Part shown: positions 1 through 12,500 of the stretch, in pieces
Layout of the letters: each line of letters opens with the position of its first letter
How positions within the stretch are numbered: the stretch's first letter is position 1
Origin: Phoronis australis
Taxonomy: Eukaryota; Animalia; Phoronida
NCBI GenBank assembly: GCA_002633005.1
Contig: NMRA01000077.1
Location: 372,001-436,000, forward strand
Length of the DNA: 64,000 nucleotides
Direction of reading: 5' to 3'
Position numbers and translations under genes: made by a program
The notes under the pieces: model-generated
What the model saw: the letters and a program-made list of their open reading frames with translations, nothing else
Told to the model about the DNA's origin: nothing
The model's database searches: none

Positions 1-569
1 TGCTCATGTCCATTGGAAGCAGAGAGGATGACGGAGTTGATTGTCTGAGTGAAGAAGGATTGGGTGGTGAGGGACGAATCAGTGAGACAGAAGAGAGGCC
101 CAAGGTGTTGTGGGATAAATGGAGGTTGGCTGACTAGTTTGAAAGGGGACAATAGCTAGCCTGGGAAGGTGTGTGCAGGGTGACAGGGGAGGAATCTTGG
201 TGAGGATGATGCCTGAAGATGAGACAACAAAATCGGAGTAGGGAAGGTGTGAAGGGAAGGGAAGGGACCCGCTTAGTGAGATGCAGAGATCTCTTGGTGA
301 TTTGAAGGATTTATTTGATGGTGCTTCAAATTTTCTCATTGGCATATTTTATCTTCTTTCAAATTTCAGGCAATACATTACCACCAGTGGAACCTATCCC
401 AACTACAACAATAAAGCCAATAACTAGAACGCCATCATTGCTAACCGAAGAAGAAAAAAGTGAGCAATTATCTGCCGTTTTTTACATCTGTTTTATCTCT
501 TTGGATTACCACCAAGTTTACTTTATTGTTCAGTTGCTGTCCCCTCTTGAAAATGCATGACTTTGAAAC
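1..569. repeat. Segmental duplicate of ~1315-1882, including the 90-nt exon
   Basis: Aligns by eye with scattered substitutions; the match ends exactly at the N at 570. Confidence 0.9.
370..459 (+). CDS. Exon, PT-rich linker (NTLPPVEPIPTTTIKPITRTPSLLTEEEK); near-identical to 1683-1772, possibly a haplotype duplicate
   Basis: tttcAG|GC...AAA A|GTGAG, 90 nt, phase 1-1. The duplicated block containing it ends at the N at 570. Confidence 0.55.
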
Positions 570-3500
570 NTCTGTACTTGAAACTAACTTGAAATTATTT
601 TTGTCAATTTCTCTGTTACTTTTTTGCAAACTCAAGATAAGTGATTATCAGACTGTGCTCAAGTATATTGTAGTGTACGCATATGAATTTCTACTCCAAG
701 TTTGCACTTGGCGACTCTCATATTCGTGCTACAAACTCTAGTAAAAACTCGAAATTTTGAGTTCAAACTTTTAGCCTTAATGTTGGGTTTATAAACTGCA
801 AACTAGGACTGAAACATTATCCATGTAAGTAATTAATATGTACTCAAGCATAGAATAACAGACACTTATCTCGAGTTCACACCAAAGCAGAAGTTACCCT
901 ATCGATGATCGCGAGGCAGCGATGCATCAGTCAGCGAGTTTTCTCCCCTGGGATTTCACCACGATTTTCTGAAAAAGGATTTTGTGGGAAGTCTGCCTTA
1001 GGTTACAGAGGCGTCGCAGAGCGTAACTTTGGTGAATCCTAGCTTCCGATTTCACCCATTTCGGAGACTGTCTTTCAAATGCCTTAGGCTACAATAAGCT
1101 TCCCCCTCCCGAAACGATTTTTTTCTAAGTGCCCTGGGTGCTTATTAGGGTGAATACGGTAAGTGAAATACCATTTATGTTCGACACCTGGACTAGCCAA
1201 AAATCATGCGTTACAAGCTCATTTCCAGAAGACTGAAAGCTGGCGCTAATAGGTCATTTGTTGTGACCAGAATAGTGGTACCATGCAATGTAAGAGAATG
1301 GTAGTATTGTAATATTGCTCATATCCATTGGAAGCAGAGAGGATGACAGAGTTGAGTGTCTGAGTGAAGAAGGACGGGGTGATGAGGGATGAATCATTAA
1401 GACAGAAGAGAGGCCCAAGGTGTTGTGGGATAAATGGAGGTTGGCTGACTAGTTTGAACGGGGACAATAGCTAGCCTGGGATGGTGTGTGCAGGGTGACG
1501 GGAGGAATCTTGGTGAGGATGATGCCTGAAGATGAGACAACAAAATCAGAGTAGGGAAGGTGTGAAGGGAAGGGAAGGGACCTGCTTAGTGAGACGCTGA
1601 GATCTCTTGGTGATTTGAAGGATTTACTTGATGGTGCTTCAAATTTTCTCATTGGCATATTTTATCTTCTTTCAAATTTCAGGCAATACATTACCACCAG
1701 TGGAACCTATCCCAACTACAACAATAAAGCCAATAACTAGAACGCCATCATTGCTAACCGAGGAAGAAAAAAGTGAGCAATTATCTGCCGTTTTGTAAAT
1801 CTGTTTTATCTCTTTGGATTACCACCAAGTTTACTTTATTGTTCAGTTGCTGTCCTCTTTTGAAAATGCATGACTTTGAAACACATAGCATTACGAAATT
1901 TTTGTTACTGTGTCATGGTTTGCTCTTGAGAAATTTTTGCATTATATGTCATGCAGTTGCGGACATTATCTGATGCAGATGTCATCTTAATACAATGCGT
2001 GTGTCATCTGTTTTGTAGTTTGTCTCGAGTCAATGCGTGAAGTCCCGGTTAACAAACTTGCTGTCTCCTCATCATCAAGCACTGAAGATGCTGCCAAAGC
2101 CCTGCGGGAAAATGGTGGTTCGTGGTCGCCAGACGTCTTGGGTAGAGTTGTGCGCTACAAGATCCGCGTACGTGACAACATTGTGCGTGTGATGCTAGTG
2201 AACTTGACGGTGGAGAATGCAACTATGGTTGATGTCACCATTAAGGACAAATCTCGTTTTATCACTCAGGCAGTAAGTATCATCAGGATTGAGGTGAATT
2301 AAGAAATATACAAATCTGAATAGGAAAGGGTCATCCTACTAAATGGAGGTTTCCTTGTAGTGAAGTTTAAATTGGAACACATTTTTGGGAGCAGTAGAAC
2401 TTTTTTATTGTCGTTGGGACATTAGTTTGCTATATGTTTGCCCGTGTCTCTTCTCAATACCCTGCAGTTATTGAAACCTGAAAAACAAGCTTTAATCTAC
2501 TGAACTGGATTTCTTTGCATTTTACAATGCATAATTTTGTTAAATGAATTTGAACTTTGCTTTTAGCTCACTTTGGTCAATAGGTGTTAACACATCAGTT
2601 TTACTTCCCAGCATACTTACCTAGGAAAACATGGCATACACAATCAAAGTAACAATTTCATATGAAATGAAATTTTGTGTTCATTTTAAGAGGGAGCAAC
2701 TAGTGATTTAATTTGGATATTAGGGTCCATTCATGGTTACCATCACTTTCATGTGAGGTACAAAACTTATGCTGAGAGTTTGCAAAAAAGCAGGGACCAT
2801 TTTTGAAAAACCATGGTTACGGGTCAGTTGATCCACAGTGCCTCAAATCTCTACAGGTCATGTTGGTATTTTCTGTCCTTTTTCGAATTGATTTTTGGTG
2901 GGGAGCTGCATTTAAAATTATGTCTAATTTCGTCTGCTACCTCATGTAACTTACAAGATTAGTGACTGGTCTAAATGGCTAACTGCATTTCAATATCCAA
3001 ACACATTAAATCAATTAGGATCTGTATCTTAACAAATAGCAAATGTCATAATTTTTGTCATAGACATTAGTTTTGATGAGTTGCTCGCATTTGGTCGAAA
3101 ATTTAAATAAAATGCATGTTATTCAAGGCTAAGTCAGGCATAATTGCCACTCAGTTTTTGTGTGCCAGTTGGCCAGAGGTAAGCAAATACAGTGCATCAA
3201 AAAAAATTTATGCACCAATGACGCACTCCTAAAATTATCCCTGAAAAGGTTATTTTTTTGAAGTGGAAGAAGTGACACTGAAAAGACTTTAGGTGTCAGA
3301 TCTCATATTCTCACTTGTCTGTTAAGGTTAGTTTCTACCTGTACTTGGTAATAATTTTAAGCTGGTTGGTTGTTTAGTGTTATCCTTAATAATATGAAAT
3401 ATAGAATAAATATACAGCTGAATTTTGTCTTTTCACATAACACCATTTGATAAATATACTTCTGAATTTAGTGTTTTCATGTAACACCATTTGATACCTT

Positions 3501-6500
3501 ATTTGTATGGCTGTTGCAGGGCTTTTTGAATCCTGCTGGAGAGAAGACCACTGTCATAGCGAACTTCACTGAGACTGGTGAAATGGGTGGTGTTGGTGAC
3601 ACTGTTGTCATCAAGGTTCATGACGCTGGCAGTGACTTCAGACTGAGCAATGTTGTGGTGAAGGCCTGCTACAACCCGGGTATGCCAACTATGCAGGCTT
3701 TAAAGATGAATTGGTTTATGCAGCACAATTCCAAATATGACACATTTTGATAAATTAGTAGATTGCATCGTTTCAATAGTTCCTGTATGCATTTTCAGAA
3801 ACTAAAATATTTGATCGATTGAAAGTTGTTGCAAAATACTAAGGAGTTTACATCCAATGGTGAACCACTAGTTTTCCCATGTTGATTTCTATTTCAACCT
3901 GTATATGTTGGCATGAAATCTCAACAAGCCGAGTGCATCCATTCTCTCTTGTTAGCGTTTGTTAAGCTTTTAGCAGACATGCTACTGTCTGTTATTCCCA
4001 CTGTAAGGCTTACATGGTAAATCATGAATTTGCTTTTTTAGAAGAGCCCACAACGCCACCTGCTGTGAAAACTACAACACCTGTCTCAGAAGAAAAAGTT
4101 ACTGGTATGTGTTTAATGACAAATGGGTGCCTGCTAGAATTGCCGATCATTACATGTATAGGAAAATCAAGTTTTTTTGTTTGAACCCAAATTACACACA
4201 TTCACATGGCAAATTTAATTTCACATTCTACCAGACAAACTAGAACTGTGCAAGTGACATGCAACTTTTTAACTACAGCTTTAGTTTTTCACAGAGATTG
4301 TATTTTATTAGACTAAATTACAGTTAATTAGTGTATTACTGAAGCACCAACAGGTTGTTTTTTGTCTCGTAAGTTGATTTTCTTGTCTTTTTATTTTTAC
4401 TTCCACCAGTTACAATGCCATTTACGACATTATCTCCAATCACAACTCGGGTTGTTGTGCCAACAACAATTGTACCTGTTGTTTTGACGGAGAAAGGACA
4501 AATAACTTTGGTACCGACTTCGCCACCTACCCAGTTATCAACCCAGCCTCCAACCAAAGCACCATCACAATCATCTTCCCAATGGCCCACTGTACCATCA
4601 GCTACAGAACCATCAACTGAAGGTAACTGCATTTTTATGCTGTCATTGTCCAGCGTCTGCTGCTGTATGTGCAAAACCACATGATGGATGTTATCAAATT
4701 TTTGATTACCAGTGTGCAGATAGGTTTTCATGTGGAGACGATGTCACCTTTCCATTTTCCAATGGATTTAACGCAATTCCAATGCTTTGCATTTCTATTT
4801 TTTATCTAGTTATTTGTTTGTTGATGAGGGCATGGTAAAGATTGTAGAGTGATATTTCACCAATTTCAGACATCGTATTTGCAAAAATTGACCAATTGTC
4901 ATTTTCAAGGGCCTTTATAAAAGCTTTTGAAAATTGTTGTGTGGCCTCACATTCTCAAATCGTTATCTGACAGTATCTTTGACATAGAATATGAAATTAT
5001 TGTAAGGCATTTATTTGTTGCTACAGTAGAAGCTAAAAATATTTGGACATAATTACTGGGAATGACCCGTCGTAACGGCTGAGTGGTGTCAGAATTCCAC
5101 GTCATGACTAGAGAGTACAATTAAAATTTACCATCAAATAAACTGGAATGACCTTTCATTTTTGTTCATAACTCATCATTACAGGGAAACAATATTTTGT
5201 GTTATGACTTGGCACGTACTGCTCCTCGTTTATGAAAAAATGAAATTTCATATGTCCACCACATGGTGTCATAAGTTAGTGATTATATTTTGGGATGATT
5301 AAAGAATGCGCAATTTGCATACCCGACTTTATATTTTGATTTAATTATTTTCAGATTTGTAACCATGAAATTGCTTTCATGTGTCAATTTATACTGTCTT
5401 TCAGGGACACCAGCACCAACACAACCTCCCACTCTGCCATCAACACAACCCACGACACAACCACCCTCAACCACTACAGGTATAGTGCCAACATTGTTTT
5501 CATTTTGCCTCGAGGAATTCAATGTCTTTCACTTTTGTGCATGCCTTGTAGTGAAGTGGGGGCTAGTTTTAGCAAATTTCATAAATCTGATCTTTGGTAA
5601 GAGGTCTTAACTTTGATTTTAATTTGCACACTCTTCTTTAATGTGGTTCGTGAGGGTGATTATTAAAACTGGAAATTTCAAATACAGTGTCGTCAGAATT
5701 TGACTGTGGGTTTGTTTAAAAGGTAGCTATGCTTTGAGATTGTGCATGGATGGAGAGAGAATGATTAAATCCAGTAAAAGCCACTGTGAAACCTGTTGTT
5801 AAGTAAGGAAACTAAAAATGAAGAAGAGTAACTACGCTAACATCCTCTGTAAGGATTACTTCATTCAATTAACTACAAATAATCGAACATCTTATCTGCT
5901 CTCCAAGCTGTAGGACTTGACACTTGTTGGATTACAGTCCTGTTGGTGAATCTTTGAACTAACACACTGTACTGCAACAGTGTACTTGCTGGTCACAGTC
6001 CTTCATGATGCAACACTTGCATGCAGTATCTTCTACCTACAATTCCTTTTGCAGCTCACTGTCTCTTGTGATGCAATACTTTTACCCAGTGTCCATCTAC
6101 CCACCATGCAAGTGACAAGCTCTTAGTTAACTTCCTGTTCGTTAACCCTTGCCCTTGCCAAGATCCTCTTTAGAATCTTCCACGAGATGGCTGTGTTGTA
6201 CAATTTCTTCTGTACACTGTAGCAAGTCTTCTAACTGCAACTACTCAATCCCATCTGAGTATTTTGCAAATTTCAATCCAAATTATAATAATGTACTTAT
6301 TTAACGATTGGCTAATATAAACCACGATTTGCTCTCAGAAATTTCTAAAATCTTTAGAGTGCTTTGACCCCAGAACCAAAGTAGTAAACATCATCTAAAA
6401 ATAAAATACAAGTTTGACCCCATGATTTAAAAGTACATGCACAAATTTTGGGCAACTTAAAATGGAACTATCTGTACTAATTACTTATCAATATTTATTG

Positions 6501-9500
6501 TGACAGTTACGTTTGCAAGAACATGGCTATGACTGGACTAATGCCCCAACTGGTGGAACAGATTCCTGTAATTCATTTTAGACTTGATTTTGAAGTGCAG
6601 TGAACATTACTTTGCATAGCTCTTGATTAACATGCGATTATGTGTTCGTTCATTAAGATTGTGCCATTGTACCTGTTGTTTCTGATGTGATACTCAAAAA
6701 GTCTGATTAAATTTCTATGCTTGAGTGTGTCTCAGTGTCAGAAGTTGACTGTGGGCTTAGCTTAAAAGGCATAGATGCTTTGTGATTGTGCGTAGATGGA
6801 GAGAGGATGATTAAATCCAGTAATTAATTTATTATATAATAACCACTAAGTAAAACAAGTGACACCTGTTGTTAATTAAAAGTAAAATAACAATGAAGAA
6901 GAGTAAGTACACTAGTGCCATCTGTAAGGATAACATGAATCAATTGATCACAAGCAAACGTCTTTAACTGCTATACACTGTAGGACTTGACGCTCGTTGG
7001 ATGACAGTCCTGTTGGTTGATCCTCATACTAACACATACACACTGTACTGCAACACTGCACAGTCCTTCGTGATGCAACACAAGTCTGTAGTATTGCTCT
7101 GCTCATGATACACTATGTGGTCACAGTCCTTTGTGATGCAATGACACGTGTAGGCATCATCTGACTACCCACAATTCCTCTTACTGGTCACAGTCCCTTG
7201 TGATACAACACGTGTAGGTAGTATCTTACTACCCACGATGCAAGTGGCAAGCTCTTAGTTAACTTCCTGGTCATTAACCTTTGCCCTTGCCAAGAACCTC
7301 TTTAGAATCTTCCAGGAGATTACTTTGTTGTGCTATTTCTTCAGTGCACTGATTCAGAAGCAAGTTCTTCAGTTTCAGTCTGGCTATCTCTCAGTCTTCT
7401 TCCCAAATTATAATAATGTACTTACTTGCCAATTAGGGTAACAAAACCACATAATCTTATTTAATCATAAGATCTGATCTCAGAAATTCTATGGAGTCCT
7501 TACAGTACATTGACCCCACAACAAAAGAGGTAAACATCATATAAAAATTTGTAGATATCAAAAGTACATTTGTAAAGAAGTTTGACCCCATGGTTTTAAA
7601 AGTACATATTATGCACAAATTTGGGCATCTTCAATGGAACTAACTCGACTAATTTCATAATTAGTATTTATTCTGACACTCAGTAACTTGGTAGACCAAA
7701 TAATATGCATATTATAATGTAGTTAGCAGTTGAACGCTTGTTCAAATCCCAGTCTGGGCAGAATTCTATTTAGTTAAAGTAGTGTCTAACAGGTGTCAAG
7801 TCTCAAATGTTGCAGAACTATTGAACCTTTGTTTGGTTGAACTGACTGAATTGAACCAATATACCTGACCTTTAATTTAACCAAATGTTATTGCAGAAAA
7901 AATGGGAAATCTTCTCACTTGCCCTCTAAAGGAAGCAATGGGTGATAAGTCAGTGATTAATGACAAGGATATTAAAGCTACATACTCAGGACCTGAAAGT
8001 GCTGTAAAATACTTAAGGCCAGACAGTCCTGTCAAATACAGAGCCAAACCAGTTGATGGAAAGGTTGTCATCACAATCACTGTTGATGAGAAAGAAATGT
8101 CAAGTTTTGCTCTCGTTAATGAAAAGACCAGTAACATTGCAAGCATGAATGTTCTTCTTGACGGTGTTGCTGCAGCAGTAGGCAATGAGGTTAGTGGTTG
8201 TCACCAACTTAGTTAGTGTCAAAGTCAACTTTTTTGTGATACCTGGGGTGCAGTCTGTAGATTCAATAGATTAGCCATACACTTGTGGCAAGAAATCTTT
8301 GTTAATGGAGTGGACACTGTGAATTCTGTCCCATNAAACAAATTTTGTTACCTGATCAACAATTTTTCACATTATTTTTCATTTTGAATGTGGAGAACCT
8401 CTAGCTTACGCTGGTCACCACTGAGATTCCCTTTGCCCTCAGACAACTTTTAAAATGCCTATCCAGCACACCCTTTGTATATTCAAACCAATGAAGTAGA
8501 AACTTAAGGTAATCGCTAGCACTACTTTCTCAACAGATGTAGATGGTTTTCTCTGGCATTTGCACAGTTACAGCCTGAAATGTCGAAAGTATGGTTTTGA
8601 TTTAGAATGTTTTAAATATTGCAAATTAACTTAACATGACAACTTGGGTTCACTAATACTTCCCAAATGACTACTTAGAAGTGTGCTCTCGCCCACTGAC
8701 CCATCTCCTCTATTGCTTGAATTTTCTAATTGACCTTGAAACTAGCCTTAGTCTTTACAACATGTACTTGTTTCATTGCCAGCTGGTTACTGTCAAATAT
8801 CACAGTTTTCAGGTAGCGTGCTACTCCTCGAATAAAATAATTCGACATCACTTGCCTGTGAGCGCTGTCTTAAAAGCTATTGACATCTAATTTGGTCGCA
8901 GCTTGTTGCTTTTATTTGTCATAATGTAATGTAGTTGAATGTATGTAAAAGAATAAACCTTGATATTGCTATGATCAGGGTTTGTGAATCCTTCCAGTAT
9001 ATCAGTTTGTGAATCCTTCGAGTATATCAGTTTGTGAATCCTTCGAGTATATCAGTTTGTGAATCCTTCGAGTATATCAGTTTGTGAATCCTTCGAGTAT
9101 ATCAAGATGCACAGCTATCCCTTCTCAATCTGTAACCAATGTTTGTGGTTATTAGCTTAATAAGTACTTCATTTAATTTTAAAAATCGAAAGCCATTCTG
9201 TGTTGCTTTTTACAGCTGAATACTGCGGTAATGTTTACTTTTAACAAAAATTATTGGTTTATGCATTTTAAAAATTAGACATTATGTACAGGCAGAGGTG
9301 TTTACTACAGTTTATGGCCACGTAATTGGGTCTCGCTTGCACTGGACAATGCAATCACACCTGTGTCCAACTTTGTTGCCGGGCACTCTTTGATCCTGTT
9401 GAAAGCTGAAGAACCAGCTGTGAAAATTCCTGCACATCTTTAGAAATGCATTTATTCTTTGTAATCGAATTGGTCACAGCATGGACAAGAAGATTGCTTT

Positions 9501-12500
9501 ATGAAATAGAAATCACCAGAGACGAGACAATGCCATCTACTGGTCTGTAGAGGAACGAAAATTGAGATGACGTATTAACCGCATTTTCTAAACAGTATCT
9601 CCACCACCTTTACTTAATATTTGCAATTTTTTCAGGATTTTCAAATAGAATTTGTGGGAGGCACTGCACCTAAGAAGTTAGTGATTGAGTTAAATCCTAT
9701 CAACCCTACTGAGGAAGTGGTTACACAGTTTGTGTCTCTGTTGGTGTGTGCGGAAGGTTAGTTTTCAGTCCTCACATGTAATTGAATTTTGACTTAATTT
9801 TTATGAGCTTTTTGTCTTTTCAAGAATAAACTCCAATGGTTTGCTATTGGCTGATTTTGTAAGCTAATGAGTCTTAATTTGTATAAAAGTTTAGGTATTG
9901 CCCTTTTAGCTCATTGGCCTGTAGGGTAGGGTCTTGATTGCTCTTGGTGACCCACACTAGTTGTGTTCTTCAGCAACGAACATGACCCACCTTGCACCAG
10001 TTGTCTGCCCTGTGTAATTGACTACCAGCCATGGACAGGAAACATCCCGTTATAGACTATCATTTCACCAAAGACTGTGACCCTACCTTTCAGAGACTAG
10101 CATTAATAGCCAACCAAAATGATGCAGATGACTTGTAAGAGATTTTATGTTTTCATAAATATTCCCATAATCTGTCCTTTTTGGTTATACATTATCTTGC
10201 TATGATAAGTCTGTCAAAAGCAGAGTCCTTTTACTGTTTGTTTGAGAGACATTGTCTGACTCTCGGAATGTGACACAAAAGTATTGCAAATAAATACTGT
10301 CAATGCATGGATACATGACGCTCATATTCTAATTTAGGCACAGAAGGTTTTGGGATACAGAGCACAACCCCAGAAGGTAGGCATTGTTTATGGTGTGAAA
10401 GCAAATTCATTTGCAGTCTGGTATTTTTGCCAATCTCACTCCTGACTCTTGTGGTCATGTGAGCAAATATTTTGTGAGTCAAACTTTAAACTTTAAAAAT
10501 CACAAATGAGACTTGGATCTCGCTTTTTGTACTGAGTGACTATTGAGTGACTATTGAGTGACTATTGAGTACTGCTTCTGACTTATTTGCAAAGTGTTAA
10601 TCAGGGAAGCAATCTGAGTCTTGGCAATCAGAAAGATCAGGCACCCTTTCCTATGAAATCAACTACTTTCAATTCAAAGTAATTCATATTGAAATTATTT
10701 ATGCTTGTATTGCTTTCCAGTTAAAAACATTTTGAGGATACCAAAAATTGCACTTTCTTGTAATTTTATTTTGTGAGACTATCTGCATCACCATAATGGG
10801 TTTGATAAAGAATCCTCACCTCCCATATGCTTACTAGACTGTTGTACAAATTAGTTAATGCCTTGTGGTGATTTTAAAATTACAAAACACTTTTGGCAAT
10901 TTTGTTCAAATTTCAATGCCATATTGATTTTTGCTGTTGAGCGTTTAATGCGTTGCACTTCCTTAATGTACTGTCAAGTGGATTGTGTGGTTCAAGGTGG
11001 AAGGTTTTCATCAGCAGTATCAGTGCTGAAAGCTTTTAGTGGCAGCACTTGCAAGTTGTTCAAGTGTTGATGAGTAAGACTGACCATCGTTTAATTCCAA
11101 AGAGTTTTTGGCCAAAGTTGTAGTTAATGTCTGTCAGTAAGCTCAACGCAGCATTTAGTAACTAATCTTACTTTTTCAAATAACACCCATTTCTTATTTT
11201 CATGTTTGATTTCATAATTGACTTGCAAGAGTATCACGACATTTTTAGTGCAAAGAGTGTTGAGGTAGTGAGGGTTTTTTCAAAAGAAATAGGGCAGAAT
11301 TTGACTATGTTATTGCTGTGGTCAAACATGAACTGGAATAACTTGTGACTCAGGAATAGAATCTGATGATCACATTAACCCTTTAGGTGAGACAACACCA
11401 AGTTCTTTGGACTTAAAGGAGCGGAAAGAAGAATTGTGCGTCAAATCAGACATGATGGTCAGCCCTGTTGTCCAGTTCAAGTCGTCGAGTGGAAATCCTG
11501 AAGATGCCAAAAGTTACACCCCTAACCCACTGACATTCGACATCAGTGACAAAGAACGAACGTTTACGATGGTGTTCCCCAACAAACCAGTGGCTGAAGT
11601 GAGGTCATTAGAGATAGAAGGAGTGACAAATTATGAGACAATCAAGTTAATAATTGATGGCGAGGAATTTTATGACTTTGATGTTGTAAGTTTTTACTCA
11701 ACTATTTTTGCTTTTATTATAGATTTTGTGGTATTCTGTATGCTCTCGTGTGTATTACTGTAAAACCCAGCAACTGAGCGCATTCCACTTATTGTGAAGC
11801 TGCATCTAATTGCAGAGCTTAAGCACACACCCAGCTCAGGAAACAGTGGCTCGGTGACAAGAGACCAAATGTGGGAATAATTTGGGTTCTCTTAACACGT
11901 TTATGAAATAATAAATGAATAAAGTTTGAGTCTAATACTGGAATAAAAACTTACAAAAATTACCGATGTTGCATCTACGTAATCGTTAATCTGGCCAATT
12001 GGTGGCGTTTTGACCAGACGGTGTGTCATAAACATCAGAACACCATCCTATACGTGTGACAAATCGAATCTCCAACCGCCTCTTTTATGTAAAGAGGGAC
12101 TCTCAATGCGCTCATGGAGAGCTTCCTTTACACCCCTTCTGAACCAGGTTTCCTCACAGTCTAGGATATTGACATCATCAATATTGAAATCATGTCCAGT
12201 GGCGCACAGGTGGCTAATTTTTTTAAAGACAATTATCACCAAAATTTTCTTTATTTTAAGTTGTTTGAAAATCACATAATAGCATTTATCGTTTTACAAA
12301 ATAATGTGACTTCTGTTGACTTCTAACTCAATAATTTATTTCTGAAGGTTTGAAATTACATGTTTTGTTTAAAAAGACACACATTGGTGACAGAGTTTGA
12401 TAGTTTAAGAAATTACAGATATAGAGAATCCTACACTTGTCTCCGGTTTATGACACAGCCAAAACCTCTTGGAAATTTTGTTTAAATCCCACTTCATCTA

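Noticed and set aside
7877-8185. Minus-strand ORFs opposite exons (also 15546-15854, 19716-20039, 24986-25360)
   Set aside because: They are antisense shadows of the + strand coding exons.
8980-9104. 25-48 bp repeat arrays here and at 22069 and 46262 as possible CRISPR arrays
   Set aside because: The units are contiguous with no unique spacers, there are no cas genes, and the context is a eukaryotic intron.
9905-10092. SINE-core-like segment (gttgtgttcttcagcaa...ccctacctttc)
   Set aside because: Too degenerate to assign without a repeat library.
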